From contig NC_133619.1 in the NCBI RefSeq assembly GCF_048593235.1, positions 453,185,644 to 453,249,643 on the forward strand: a stretch of 64,000 bases of DNA, in the 5' to 3' direction. Positions 14,456 through 28,400 of the stretch are shown one piece after another. Below the pieces are notes generated by a model. The model was given only the letters and a program-made list of their open reading frames with translations. It did not search any database and was not told the DNA's origin. The DNA comes from Sminthopsis crassicaudata (Eukaryota). The stretch's first letter is position 1. Each line of letters begins with the position of its first letter. Made by a program: the position numbers and the translations under genes.

Positions 14456-14596
14456 CCTTCAAGAATTTAGGTTTTATAAATGTATTTGTTAGATTAATGT
14501 TTAAAAAGACACTTTAAGGGGCAGCTAGATGGCACAGTGGATAGAGCACTGGCCCTGAAATCAGAATACTTCCTAGGTGTGTGATTTTGGGCAAGT

Positions 14597-14810
14597 NNNN
14601 NNNNNNNNNNNNNNNNNNNNNNNNNNNNNNNNNNNNNNNNNNNNNNNNNNNNNNNNNNNNNNNNNNNNNNNNNNNNNNNNNNNNNNNNNNNNNNNNNNNN
14701 NNNNNNNNNNNNNNNNNNNNNNNNNNNNNNNNNNNNNNNNNNNNNNNNNNNNNNNNNNNNNNNNNNNNNNNNNNNNNNNNNNNNNNNNNNNNNNNNNNNN
14801 NNNNNNNNNN
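14597..14810. other. Assembly gap
   Basis: Run of N. Confidence 1.
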
Positions 14811-14821
14811 CTCTGTTTTTA

Positions 14822-15050
14822 GAGAGAAATGGTTAGATGGTGCAGTATATCAAACACTAGAACTAAATTCAAATCTAGCTTTAGACACCTTTGTGCAAGT
14901 CATTTTAACCTCCCTCAGCCTCAGTTTCCTTAGCTGTAAAATAGTAATGATAACAATAGGACCCACCTGCCAGAATTTTATGAGGATAAATTGAGATAAT
15001 ATTTATAAAGAGTTTCTCAAACTTTAAAACATTATATAAATGCTAGCTAC
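14822..15050 (+). mobile_element. MIR-like SINE
   Basis: tcaaatctagctttagacacc...cctcagtttccttagctgtaaaat...tatgaggataaattgagataat. Confidence 0.75.
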
Positions 15051-15353
15051 TATCTTGGGAAGAGATGAATTAAAGTAGTAAGAGAGAAGGCAAGTGAAAT
15101 TTTATATTCATTACCTACATGATATGATGATAGGTTTGTCTACACACTATTTCAAAAATAATGTTTTTTTCCAGATATACATTTGCACAGTGTGCTATTA
15201 AATGAAATTCAGATTAATGGTAAATTGCATATATTGTACAATATTTTTCTGTTTGGGGTAATTATCTAAGAAAGAAAAATCCACCGAGATTTCTTATGAC
15301 CTTGAAGTTCTAAATATTTAGGGACGTAAAATTTGTCTTTTTCTTCTCCTTAG

Positions 15354-15509
15354 GATCAACCTTCATTTGTAATACTCACATAATTCCAGTGAAAAATCAA
15401 GAGGGAGTGGCTATGATGTTCATCATCAATTTTGAATATGTGACTGATGAAGAGAATGCTACCTCCCCAGAGAGGTTCAACCCAATATTACCAACAAAAC
15501 CTGTAAATC
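15354..15509 (+). CDS. KCNH7: KCNH7 internal coding exon (exon 3 by homology to human); C-terminal PAS/PAC segment
   Basis: Acceptor ttttcttctccttag|GA and donor AATC|gtaagt; 156 nt, phase 1/1. Translates (G)[51 protein letters not shown](R), recognisably the ERG3 PAC region. Absent from the ORF track. Confidence 0.96.
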
Positions 15510-15654
15510 GTAAGTTCAAGGAAAAACAATCTTAATGTTACCATTGTTTGCCTGTCATTCCATTCTTTGTCATCTCTGGTAAAACTTCAGATTATGTTTT
15601 AACTTGTGAATGAACATAATTTCTTATGAAACCACTAGCTCAGAGGTCTTTACA

Positions 15655-15870
15655 CTGGGGCAGCTAAATGACTCAGTGAATAGAGAAGTAGATATGGAGT
15701 CAGGAAGACCTGAGTTCAAATTTAGCCTCAGACACTTAATGACTATGCCTCAGTTTCCTCATTGGGAAAAAAAAAAAGCTGAAGAAGAATATAGAAAATC
15801 ACTCCTATATTTGCCAAGAAAACTCCAAAAGGGATCATGAAGAGTAATAAATGACTGAACAAACTGAAAG
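15655..15870 (+). mobile_element. Mar1-type SINE
   Basis: ggggcagctaaatgactcagtgaatagag...ggagtcaggaagacctgagttcaaatttagcctcagacactt. Confidence 0.8.
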
Positions 15871-17544
15871 AAGACAAACAATACATCTTTATTTTTACAA
15901 ATCTTTCACTGAATTTTAGCATTTTTTATTGTGTTTTGAAAAAAAATTAAAAAGCAAACATTCTTCTGAGAAGGACTTTATAGACTTCACCAGTGCCAAA
16001 AAAAAAAAAAAAAAAATTTTAGAGACACTGATCCAGGATATGGCTGTTATCATATTTAACATTTGAAAGAATAAGATTTTCTTTCAGTTTGCAAATCTAT
16101 TTCACTTTAATCCATGTTTGGACAGTTCAAACCGAACTAGAGGTGTTGAATGAGTAATTTGATCAAGGAAAATATTTATATGAAATGCCGCATAACCATC
16201 TGGGTATAAAAGTGATCTCAATTGGATTCAAGTCTCATTTCTGAAACTTCCTGCCTAAATGACTTTGTACCACTAACTCTCTAAACACTCAGGAACCACT
16301 CTAAAATCTTATACTGTGCAAAGAAGTATACCAGCCCCAAACGTGTCAAGGAAGTTTCCTTATCTGGGAGCTCCCTATACCAAAGAAATTGAAGGTCTGA
16401 TGAGTATACCCATCCTAAATAGCCAAATAAGATTAATCAGGTCTAAAATTCTATTATGCATCAAAGATCACAGGCAGATACATATCCCATGTGGATAGAA
16501 ACCTCTCTAAATTCAACTAAAATTTATCAAGCATCTACTTCCTCAAAAACAAAAACAAAAGGTGCTTAATACTAGGGTAAAAAGATAAAAATGAAATAAT
16601 CTCTGCTATCAAAAAATTTTATATTGGATTAGGATATAAAAAATAATGCAAAAGGGGAAAAGAACCTTAAAAACATGGAATTTCATCAGTGTAGTTATGC
16701 TCTCTTCTGGTGAAGACTAGCATACTGTCTGGATCAATTATCATAGCAAAAACAAGGCATTACTTCATGACCAATCTCTTGGGAATGTATCTTTCTAAAA
16801 TTTAGCTAGGTAGATCAAATAATGTCCAGACTGTCTTCAATCACTTAATCAGTTAAAAAGAATTTATTAAGTATGTAATATGTGTCAGGAACTGTGCTAA
16901 GATTTTGGCATAAATAAATACAAGCAATAAGAAACACCCCCCAAGAAGTTTACATTCAAATGGGGAAGACTACACATAAAAGGAAGATATAAATGGAAAG
17001 AAAAAAGTACTAGGCTGCAACACTACAAAGCTTGCATTCTTTATGGGACCTACCAAAATTTTTATTCCATTGCAAAAGCCTTCAAAAGTCAGTGCAAAGC
17101 TTTTCCCCAAAGGAAAGCTGAAAAAATGTATTTCATACTGTTTATACTGTCAAATGTATTATGAGTTGCTTACTTTTGTTGAACTGCGTGTTTTTTGTAA
17201 ATCTGTGTGCTAATGTTAATATTTGCTGCAAGAAGTAACAAAGGGAAAGAAAAGGAATATATTAAAAATGAATGTGATATAAAGAATAAAAGATATCAAT
17301 TAAAATAAGATAATTTTAAAAGTGCATAGGTCACCTCCACATGCCACAGTTAAGTATTAGAGTAGTACTTAAATAAAAGATGGTAAAAAGTATTGGTTCA
17401 GGAATGATGTGGATCTTAATTTGTATTTTGCTTTTGATGTCTGTTGGCATCAGTTAAAAAAAAACTGAATGACTACAAAATGAAGGATTTATTGGCTCTG
17501 GTGCCCAACTACAGGTGTCAAAAATAATAGAGACATTTGGAAAT

Positions 17545-17805
17545 TTTTTATTGTCAGTCCTTTTCAGCATATTCATCTTTCGGTGACCCCATTTGGTGTT
17601 ACCTTGATAAAGATACTGGAATGATTTGCCATTTTCTTCACCAATTTATTTTACAGATAAGGAAACTGAGGCAAACAAAGTTAATTTAAGCAAGTTGCCC
17701 AGGGCCACAGTTAATAAGTATCTGAAGCTAGATTTGAACTCAGAAAAATGAGTCTTTCTGATTCCAGGCCAAACAATGATATTTACTGTATCACCTAGTT
17801 GTCCA
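17545..17805 (-). mobile_element. Mar1-type SINE
   Basis: gtgaccccatttgg...ttacagataaggaaactgaggcaaac...gatttgaactcag. Confidence 0.8.
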
Positions 17806-18159
17806 CAACTGGAAATACCTCAGTCTTATATTTTGTCATTCAGTCAACATTTAGTAAATGTTTTCTACAGGCTAGGGACTGTGCCTACTCTGGGAAGACA
17901 AATATAAGCATAAAAAATATGTTCTCTGCTTTAAAGAAGTCCAGTATTCACTGGAATACAGTTTAGAGAAGAAGAAAAGATTTTTCATTTAAAGAAGATT
18001 CATCCCATCAGAGCAAGGGAGAGGATATTTTCAAAGTTTTAGTTCCAGAATATATTTCCAGGAAGAATTTTCTGGGGTGTGTCAGAAAAGGAAATGCAAA
18101 AGAAACTGCATTTGATGTTCACTTTTCAATTCTCAGTTCATAGGATTATGTGAAAAGGG

Positions 18160-19255
18160 ATCTTTTTAAGAAATAAAATATTTATTTTCAAAACACATTA
18201 TGAATCATGTTGGAAAAGAAAAATCAGAACAAAAGGGAAAAACCATGAGAGAGATTTAAAAACAGAAAAAAAGAAGTGAACATAGCATATGTTGATTTAC
18301 ATCCAATCTCCATAGTTATTTTTCTAAATGCAGATGGCATTTTCTGTCCAAAGTCTATTAGTACTTCTTTGGATCACTGAACCACTGAGAAGAACCAAGT
18401 CTTTCATAGCTGATCATCACACTCTTGGTGTTATTGTGTACAATGTATTTCTGATTCTGCTTGTTTCATTCAGCATCTAGTTCATGTAAATCTTTCCAGG
18501 ACTTTCTAAGAGCAGCTTTTTCATCATTTTTATAGAACAATAATATTCCATCATCTTAATATACCACAACTGGTTCAACCATTCTCCAATTGATGGGCAT
18601 CTACTCATTTTCCAATTCTTTGCCACCACAAAAAGAGATGCTACAAACATTTTTGCACATGTGGGTCCTTTTCACTCTTTTATGATTTCCTTGAAATACA
18701 GACCCAGTAATGTCTCTGCTGGGTCAAAGGGTATGCAGTTTTATAACTCTTTGGGCATAGTTCCAGATTGCTCTCCAGAATAGTTAGACCATCTTACAAC
18801 TCCACCAACAATGCATTAATATCCCAGTTTTCCCACATGTCCTCCAACATTTATCATCTTTTCCTGTCATTTTGATCAATCTGAGAGATATGAAATGGTA
18901 CTCAGAGTTGTTTTAGTTTGCATTTCTCTAATCACTAGTGATTTAGAGCATTTTTATATGAATACAGGATGACTTTAATTTCATCATCTGAAAATTGTTC
19001 ATATCTTTGACCATGTATTAATTGAGAAATGACTTGTATTCTTATACATTTGACACAGTTCTTTATATATTTTAGAAATTAGATCTTTATTAGAAACACT
19101 GGCTATAAAGATTTTTTCCCAGTTTTGTACTTCTCTTTTTTTATTTTGGTTCTGTTGATTTTGTTTGTGCACCAACGTTTTAATTTAATGTCATCAAAGT
19201 TGTCCATTTTGCTTTTCATAATGTTCTGTACTTCTTTGGTCATAATTCCTTCCTT
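18160..19255 (-). mobile_element. L1 3' region
   Basis: Reverse complement of ORF2 C-terminal and 3' UTR sequence (caattgatgggcatctactc, caaagggtatgcag, gcattttttatatgaat...). Confidence 0.88.
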
Positions 19256-21589
19256 TGAAAAGGGCTCTTAAAGATTGCTTAAACTGCCCAATATCAAGCA
19301 GGCTGTAGATGACAGAACTGGCCCCAGGTTTTCTGCATTTAGATGCAAAGTTCTTTACTTAATTGTATTATCCCAATTTTTGCATCTAAATATATTAAAG
19401 AAATAAAATTGTGTTATATATGAAAATTTCTAACTTGAAATTCCAAATACAAAAAGCAGCTCTGGTCCCAAAAGACCTTCTTTTAAAAGTGCAAGGTCTT
19501 GAAATCAAACTTTCAATAGTTAGAAATATTAGTTTAGTCTAAGGCATTCACTTAGCTATATCTAAGCGACAACTTAATGGCCTATTAAAGCCGTGGACCA
19601 CATGTACTAAAGTGCTTGGTTTCCAATATTTTGACTATTTCACATCTGAACAATGCCACACTTGGGGCTGATGTCTATCACATTCTCTAACTCATCGATC
19701 CTCCAAGTGACATTGTTTGGAAAATGTATTAAGTCACCAAGGAAAAATGTGCTGAAGCCCAAACTTGCTCCCTTAACTCATTTGTTATTTTCCCTTCCTT
19801 AACTGTAATAAACTCCCCAGACAAATTCAGCCATTCCAGTGAGATTCCCCAGAGGAAAGCCCTGGTAATGCCAGCTACTGGTTTGGCACAGCATGTGCTG
19901 TCAGGAAGAGAGGTTTTCTTCTTTTAAAATCCTTATCTCCTCCCCCTGGAGCAGTCTTCTAGCTCAGTCCATCAAGTTTTGGAAAAATGCCTCCTAGTTA
20001 GTAAAGTACTAATTTCAGACCTAGTATGACATGGAAACTTGGAACTTCAACCTCTGAATGGGGCATAATCTACACAGCAGTCTTCCAGGATAGAAAGCCT
20101 GATTTCTGTGTATTTCTGTTATAATTAAATAGCGCTAAAAATATAAAATCTTTCGCCTATGTGGCTTCAGATTTGATAAAGGTTCCTTTCTTTAGTTTGT
20201 GAACAAAAAAGGTTTCCCTATACTTCAGCTGTCATTCTGATCAGGGACACACATTTTGTAAAGGAATAGCTAGAAGTGAGTACAAATGTAGAGATAACAA
20301 TTTCCAGAGCATTATATAAAAGCCCTATTATTTACAAGCAGTGCATTGCCTTTGATTACATCCTTCAATCATAATATGATTCAGACTTACATTTATTCAA
20401 AATTTCCCTTGACTATTCTGTTATACCAGAGAAATGGCTGATAGCTCTTCCCTTTCATCTTTATTTCATATCAAATAGAAGACTAAAAGGGAGACAAATT
20501 ATGTTTGGTCACCTCCAATACCATTTTATTTCTCCTTCATGTTGTTTTGACTATTAAAATACAAGTCCTTTTTTAAAATACAGCTTTGTTTATTTTGTTA
20601 ATTCATTTATTTTTGTAACGTACTTTCACCATTCAAATGGAACCATAGACAAATTGATAGATTCACTCTAGTACAAGCCCCTGGTTTTTCTGGATGAGGA
20701 AACTGAAGACCAGGAACAAATTTTTAGTAAGTGATTTATTTAAAATTAAATAAGTATTTATCAAGTGTCAGATATAGGATTTGACCTCAAGTCTTCTGAT
20801 TCTAGGACCAGTATTTTTTGCTGTGTCATGAATATAAAAGATTTATACTATTTTAAGTAATGGACATTGACTACATGGATAACTGTATATTTTTTACTCT
20901 TTAATTTTACTTGTTTATTTTGTTATTTATTTACTAATTTCTTTTAAAAATCTCGGTGGGAAAGCACAATTGATGATTTAAGAGAGTTTCCTTACCCAAA
21001 GATGACCAGTATTTGTCAGAGACAAAATTTGAACTTGGGTCATCTTGACTCCAAAATCCTAGCCACCATACCAGCCTGGCTTTCAACCCAAATACAAAAA
21101 CCTATTAAAATAATGATATGCCAGCAGTTCTCATATATGCAGTTTAGGGGTAGGTAAAATTAATATGATACAATGGGGAAAGCGTTGTCTTTAGAGTCAG
21201 GAAATTTGGATTCAAATTTCAGCTCTGAACATGGATAAGTCACAGATCACAAAGTTCAATTTGATCTTCATCTTTAAATAGGACTGATAATACTGATTCA
21301 ACAAACCTCTAGGGGCTGTAGTGAGAAAGGTCTTATATATTAAAGCACAGTATTGTTATTCCTTGTTTGATATCATGGTAGGATACTGAGTTTTGGCTTC
21401 AGAGGACCTGAATTACAATTCTAGTTATGATAATTTAACTATCTTTATGACCCTGAACAAGTCATAACTTCTGTTTTGGTTGTTTTTTTTAAAACCATAA
21501 AACAAAAGGGTGGGATTAAATTATGTAAATGATCCCTTCAGGCCTTTGATCTTGTCTGCTGAATCTTTGGATGGGGATTCAACTACCAT

Positions 21590-21890
21590 CAAGAGAGACA
21601 TTGTTTTGGATTTGGATTTTTTTAATTGATTTTTTTCTATTATACATGATAACATGTTTTTGTTATACATGTATATTAACTTTGTAATACACATTTCTTT
21701 ATGAATCATGTTGGGTGAGAAAAATCTGAACAAAATGGAAAAAACATAAGAGAGGGGAGGGGGAAAACAGAAAAAAGAAGTAAACATAACATGTGTTGAT
21801 TTACATTCAGTCTTCATAGTTCTTTTATTGAATGCAGATGGTGTTTTCTATCCAAAGTTTATTGTGATTGTCTTCTATTACTGAACCAAA
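21590..21890 (-). mobile_element. L1 3' UTR fragment
   Basis: Near copy of 18190-18370 (tgaatcatgttgg...gaaaaaagaagt.aacata.catg). Confidence 0.75.
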
Positions 21891-22559
21891 GGAGACATTG
21901 TTAAGTAGATGGTCTTTATAAATTTGAATATCAGAAAAATATAACATTTAGTAGTTAATTTGGAGGGAAGGAGTTATCACCCTTTATGAACATAGCTAGA
22001 TTGATTTTCAAACAATAGAAATACAAACTATACTCCCTTTTCCCATTTCAAAGAACCTGCAAGAGCTTGAATTCTATTGTTCTAGCATTTTAAAAAATCC
22101 AGAGCTATGTCCCTATCACAATGAAGCATTGGCATCCAATTTTGTGGAGGAAAAATAGATTATCATATCATAATACAATGATATTAGGCAAGAAAAGTGG
22201 GACTTCACTTCATCATAATATAACACCTTATATGAGTTATAGATGGGATTCAGAAATAAATCAGGATAACCAAAACCTACATAGTATAAGAATCTCATAC
22301 TTTTCTAACATAAGAAAGATTAAGATTAAAGCAACACTGAGATTCTGCATCACACCCATCACAGATAGATGGATGATGCTGTGGATGGAGCCTTGAACTT
22401 AAATTCAGGAAAAATTGAGTTTAAATTCAGCTTCGGACATTTATTAGCAATGTGACCATGAACAAGTCAGTATTTTCCTCACTTTCCTCAACTGTAAAAT
22501 GGGATAATAATAGCATCTAATTTTCAGGATTGTTGTGAGATCAAATAAGAAAATATTTG

Positions 22560-23280
22560 AAAATTACTTCACAAGTATAAAGAAATATACATATAAACAC
22601 TATCTATCATCATCACCATCACCAAATTGGCAAAGATGACTAAAAATAAAAATGACAAATGTTGAAAAAGCTATAGGAAAACAAGCACATGAAAGCACTA
22701 TTGCTTGTAAATTAGTCCAGACTGCATATTTTTTGATTCTGTGATACTACTACCAGGTCTATATCACAAAAAGATCAAAAGAAGAAGAAAAAATATCTAT
22801 ATATACAAAAAATATTTACAGCCAAAGAACTAGAACTAAAGAGGCTCTCAATCAACTGGGGAATGGCTAAATAAGTTATGGTTAAGTTAATAAGTAATAA
22901 TAAGTAATTAAATTAAATTAAAATTTAATACTTAAGTTTTAAATAAGTAAGTAAAAAGAAATGATGAAGAGGATGATTTTAGAGAAACCTGAGATAATTG
23001 GTATGAACTGTTGTAAGAGTAACTAGAAGAACAATCTATACAATGATAGTAACATTGTAAATACAAACCATAGTTCCAGAAGACTCATGATAAAACATGC
23101 AATCTACTTCCTAAGAAAGAAACACTGGGCTCAGGTTGAAGGCTAGAAATGTATTTTTTGACATAGCAATGTAAAATTTTTTTAATATCTATTCATTAAA
23201 AAGAGTTTCAATTTCTTCTTTTCAATGGGGAGGAAGACATAAAAGGAAAAGAAAATAGATATTTGTTCATTTAAAAATTT
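22560..23280 (+). mobile_element. Old L1 3' fragment
   Basis: caccaaattggcaaagatgac...caatcaactggggaatggctaaataag...aaagaaatgatgaagaggatg. Confidence 0.7.
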
Positions 23281-25242
23281 GAGGGAAAAATATGGCATAC
23301 TTCCATTTGCATTTGTAATTATAAAGTTAATTGCTGGCTTTAAGGAAGAACTACTTTGAGAAGTAAAGAGAAATGGTTTTACAATCTCAAATAGGTTTTA
23401 GCTTGTGTTTTATACTAGAGAGACTTCAAACTAACAAATACATAAATAAGCCATCATTTGGTCAAGATCTAGAGTTTGATGGAACTAAAGACAAAAATAA
23501 TTTGCCTTAAATATAAACACAGAATCAAAGTTATTACATATGATCCTATTTTCCCTGTGTTGTTTTTTGGACTATCCCAAAAGACTCAATTCGAGTCTAT
23601 ACCCCTAAGCAGAGGACAGTTATTAACAATTTAATTGGGCCATAATTACATCCCTCTTGTTAATTAAAGGCAATTATTTGTTTAAACCAATTTAATCAAC
23701 ATAATGAGTGCCTGAATTCACAAGAATAGGATAGATATTGCTTACATTTTCTAATAGGGGAGTAAAGTCTCCATCACTGGCTTAGTTTTCAGAAGAAAAA
23801 TAATTTTATATTAAGAAGAAGAATAACTGGAATTTGTATAAAACTTTCTATGTGCTAGTAATTGTATTAAGTTCTTGATAAATCCATCATTTGATCCTCA
23901 CAACTCTGGAGGTAGTACTTCACAATTAAGGAAATTTGAAGCAAACAAGTTAAATATGAATTGCCCACACAACCTACTATGTGTCTGAGGCTGGGCTTAA
24001 GCTAAAGTTTTCTTGACACCAGGTCCAAACACTATCTTCTGTGCTACCTAGCTGTGTAATTTTATAATATTGCTGTTGCTCAATAGTAGCAGTTGTCCTC
24101 AACTCTTTGTAACCCTATTTAGGGTTTTCTTAGCAAAAATATTAGACTAGTTTTCCATTTTTTCCCCAATTGATTTTAAAGATGAAGAAATTGAGGCAAA
24201 TGGAGTGAAGCTACTTGCCCAGCTTCACAGAGCTGAGGCCAGATTTGAACCCCAGTATTCTATCCACAATGTCACTAGCTACCTAAATTTATCACTTTCT
24301 TTTTCTTCTTTTTTTTACACCTGAACTACAAACAAAATCCCATTAAATAAATAGAACATGGCACAGAGAATAAAGAGCCAGGCTTGGAGTGAGGAAAATC
24401 AGGGTTCAAATGACACCTTTGACACATTATAACCCTATTACTCTGGGCAATTCACTTCATTTCTTGGTGTTCTAGCTCTCTAAAACTCTAATTTTTTTAA
24501 GAAGGTTCTAAGCTGTGCTGGTAAAAAGAAGTAATCATAGGGTGTTCTTCTATCAATGTAATCAGAGATCTAGTTTCCCTCCCTATTTATTGATATCATC
24601 CAATTAGTTGAGTCTAATGTTTCATTATTTAATGAAATATCATATAGTCCAATGATCTGCTTCTTCTGAATCTAAAAAGATTGATTAACGGATTGAACAT
24701 CTTAGCAATTTCTAATCATCCTACTCAAGCAGATTATTAAATTTTTTGCATGATCATTTATATCATAGAATTTAGATATTAACCTTTTCTCTACCATCTG
24801 AGGTCTTGGGGAAAAGGATCTGCTTTGTGTATTGCTGTCCCTTCTTTTCATTTCATGTCTTTTTTCCTCTGATTTTGCTCTTTGGACTTGGGAAAGAAGA
24901 GGCACAAGCAGTCAAGGGAATCAGGGATCACATGGAGAGGTACTGACATCAGTTTATTCATTGCCCAGAAGCCATGGTAGCATGAGAACAGGGAGATTTA
25001 GGGGGAAATTTAACCCAGCTAGGAGAGCTTCTAATCTTAGAACAAAGTCACTCTATGACCAAATGCCATGAGGAAAAAAGAAATCTGGAACTGCTGAGAT
25101 TTTAAATTATAATGAATCCCATTTATCTGGTAAACTCGAACTAGTTGTGTTTTTTTGTTTGTTTGTTTTGTTTTTTTGTTTTTTTTTAGTCTCTATGTTC
25201 CTGAGACAAGACATGAACGTCCCTCATTGTCTTTTCTACTTT

Positions 25243-25428
25243 CCTTTTAACTATGGATCACATGACCCTATGTAGAGGTCACATAACTGAATGTGAGATT
25301 GTGAAATTATGACTTATTATTGATAAATGTTTGATTTGTATACATTTAATATGTCTATATAACCAGAGATGGATAAAAATTTCTTGCACAAAAAAGGGAT
25401 CGCAAATGGGAAAATTATAAGAAGCCCT
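25243..25428 (+). mobile_element. Further short copy of the hAT-like element
   Basis: ggtcacataactgaatgtg...aaatgtttgatttgta...ataagaagccct. Confidence 0.55.
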
Positions 25429-25816
25429 ATTTTATGTCAGAGATTTTTAAGCCAAAGTCCATGAATTTTTTGGTGTGTATATGCACATACAAATGTGTTT
25501 AGATATATACATGTGTATAGATGCCTATGTACATATGTTATGAATGAATATATGTGTGCCCTAAATTAAATGGGGACTATACCAAGCATGAATTTGGTTT
25601 CATGGTTTCACCCCAACATTGATGGTCTAAAGATTTTCATACTTAGCACTCTCTGGTGCAAATCCTTAGGCTATCCCTCTAAAATATCTTCATGAGCAAA
25701 GCTTCTTAAAACTTTAGGTTGTAATCCCATATGGAGTCACATAACTGAATGTGGGGGCTATGGAAAATTTAGCAACAGTAAAATGTATCAAATATACCAC
25801 AAAGATTTAGTTCTTT

Positions 25817-25958
25817 TTTTCCCCTGAGGCAGTTGGGGTTAAGTGACTTGCCCAGGGTCACACAGCTAGAAAGTGTTAAGTATCTGAGATCAAATCTGAA
25901 CTCAAGTCCTCCTGACTTTAGGACTGGTGCTCTATCCACTGCTCCACCTAGCTGCCCC
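25817..25958 (-). mobile_element. Short young SINE (WSINE1-like) nested in the hAT element
   Basis: Reverse complement starts GGGGCAGCTAGGTGGAGCAGTGGATAGAGCACC. Flanked by a 16-bp TSD with one mismatch (aaagatttagttcttt at 25801, aaagatttaattcttt at 25960). Confidence 0.85.
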
Positions 25959-26047
25959 TAAAGATTTAATTCTTTATAGAAAAACAAACAAGCACATTTA
26001 TCTCATTAGTATGCAAATTTATTTTCCCCTTTAATAAATGGTAAAAT

Positions 26048-26136
26048 TATATATATATATATGTATAGATATACATATATATGTTTACACATACATATAT
26101 ATAATATATATATATGTTTATATATACATATATATA
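26048..26136. repeat. (TA)n microsatellite
   Basis: Direct reading. Confidence 0.9.
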
Positions 26137-26491
26137 AGAATAATTATTTAAGATAAGTTACTTTATGATTTATTATTAGTAAATGTTTGATTTGTATATC
26201 TATTTTATACACATATACCTGGAGTTATGTAAAAGTTTCTTGAGCAAAAAGAGGTCACAAATGGAAAATTTTTAAGAAGCCCTGTCCTAGAAAAACTGAC
26301 AAGCCTTGAAATGGTAGCTCAATAAAGGAGCCTCCTGGTGGCCAATTCAATTATCATATCAGCTAATGGCTATAAAAATTACCACATAATTGACAGAAAG
26401 ATTTAACTGGATTCCTGTAGGTATAAAGCTATATTAACAAGGATTCCATTTGGGCTCAGTCACACACAACAGGTCTCATGTAGCATTATCA

Positions 26492-26810
26492 NNNNNNNNN
26501 NNNNNNNNNNNNNNNNNNNNNNNNNNNNNNNNNNNNNNNNNNNNNNNNNNNNNNNNNNNNNNNNNNNNNNNNNNNNNNNNNNNNNNNNNNNNNNNNNNNN
26601 NNNNNNNNNNNNNNNNNNNNNNNNNNNNNNNNNNNNNNNNNNNNNNNNNNNNNNNNNNNNNNNNNNNNNNNNNNNNNNNNNNNNNNNNNNNNNNNNNNNN
26701 NNNNNNNNNNNNNNNNNNNNNNNNNNNNNNNNNNNNNNNNNNNNNNNNNNNNNNNNNNNNNNNNNNNNNNNNNNNNNNNNNNNNNNNNNNNNNNNNNNNN
26801 NNNNNNNNNN
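26492..26810. other. Assembly gap
   Basis: Run of N. Confidence 1.
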
Positions 26811-27089
26811 ATCCCTTTCTCTTTCAGATCTCTTCAGGCCAGAGGTAAACAATTCAAGCAGAGACATTGAATTAAAACTATGAAAAATATAAAGCAATAA
26901 TTTAATATTATATGTCATTAAAAACTGTATCCTCTAATTTCTAATTCTTAGACACTTCCAAAAGTATAATTTTTGCTTAAGCTATATAACCAGATATAAA
27001 TTAAACTGCTCTAAGCCAGTAGTGTTATTATTATTCATTCTCTAAAAGCAATCAACGTTCCTTCCCATAGCCACCTTTTCACTGAATCC

Positions 27090-27400
27090 AGCTGAAACTT
27101 TCTATTTTTTTTCTATCTGCTAAAATAATTATTATCTGCTGCAGAGAATCCCTTATTAGCTTCCTTCAAAATCAGTTTAAATGTCTTCTTCTAACTGAGG
27201 CCTTTCTGATGCTTCCCCAGCCACTATTGCCTCCCCACCCAAAGAATTATTTTACAATTGCTTAACATACATTTTGAATACATTTATATGTAAATGTGTT
27301 ATATATAAGTTCCTTGAAGTCAGTCATTTTTCACTTTGTATCCCCAGTGCCTAGGACAGTGTCTTACACACAGTAAGTACTTAATAAGTGTTTAATTGGT
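27090..27400 (+). mobile_element. L2 3' end
   Basis: ccttgaagtcag...tgtatccccagtgcctaggacagtgtcttacacacagtaagtacttaataagtgttt. Confidence 0.65.
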
Positions 27401-28164
27401 CAATCATTCTAAAAGATGCAACTGAAGCCTATTTTCTAAATGGTAAGTAGAACTGAGATTGCAGCAATTATCTGGCTAAAAACTAATACTGATAATAACA
27501 ATAATGTGGTTGCTGTTATTAATAAGCTCAATTATCTGAATATTTCTAAAGTATATTTTTGAACTGAATTATCTATATTATTATTTCAAATGTAAAGTTC
27601 CATACACATTTTGTAAAAAGGGATCTTTCCGTACAAAAGGTATATAGAAAGCATGTTCATAATGTTTTTAGTTGTCTCCACTGGAGCTGAAAGTTATTCT
27701 TTAATTCAAAGATGAAGAGCTGCAGTGCTAATGAAGAGTTTTTAACCACCCAGAGGACATTACTTTAGAAACAATCCATTATTTAGATGAGATTTAATTA
27801 AAGGTTTTGCCATGTAATTAATGTTTACCACCATCATGTTTTGTTTTTTGTAAAAGATTGAATTTGATATGGAAACAGGAGTAATGATACTTTTCAGGAA
27901 GAAAAGTATCACATATTATCCTCAGGAAAAGAAGATATTCATTGGCAGGAATGATATCTTTTGATTTTTAATTCTAATTTGACTTTTATTACTTGCCCTT
28001 AATTATTTTGCTCCAATATTATGTTTGTGGATTAATCATAAGTAGATGATCAGCTGACGTTTGAGAGAACTCAGTAAGCTTATAAGAAACTATAACTAAT
28101 GTACCTACAAATAGATTGTTGCACAGGAGAATAAAGGACAGAAAGAAGATTGGGTTAGGGGCAT

Positions 28165-28400
28165 ATTACAGCTAGCTCAAAGAAGCTCTCATAAACAAGT
28201 TGTTAAATTTTCAATGTGAGCATTTTTGGAAATCAGCAAACACTACAAATCAAGGCTTGATTTGTTGCTGTTTTTAATAGCCCAGACTTCAGAAAGTAAT
28301 GAAGAAAAAGATTAATAATTCAAATTAAATTCAAAAATGTTTGTTGCATATTTTTTTCAGTAGGGAGAACCAATTTTTAAATGTTAGTATGCACACCCCT
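28165..28400 (+). mobile_element. MER63-like hAT-Blackjack remnant
   Basis: ttgttaaattttca...gcaaacactacaaatcaaggcttgatttg...agaaagtaatgaagaaaa...cacacccctg matches the recalled MER63 consensus. Confidence 0.6.

Larger units (their letters stand above)
25697..26284 (+). mobile_element. Non-autonomous hAT-like DNA transposon with nested SINE and (TA)n
   Basis: Termini CAAAGCTTCTTAAAACT / ttttaagaagccCTG; shares internal sequence with copies at about 25243-25428 and 53192-53368. Confidence 0.65.

Noticed and set aside
19540-20460. Unique-looking, slightly GC-richer intron segment as an enhancer
   Set aside because: No distinctive motif cluster can be supported from sequence alone; conservation data would be needed.
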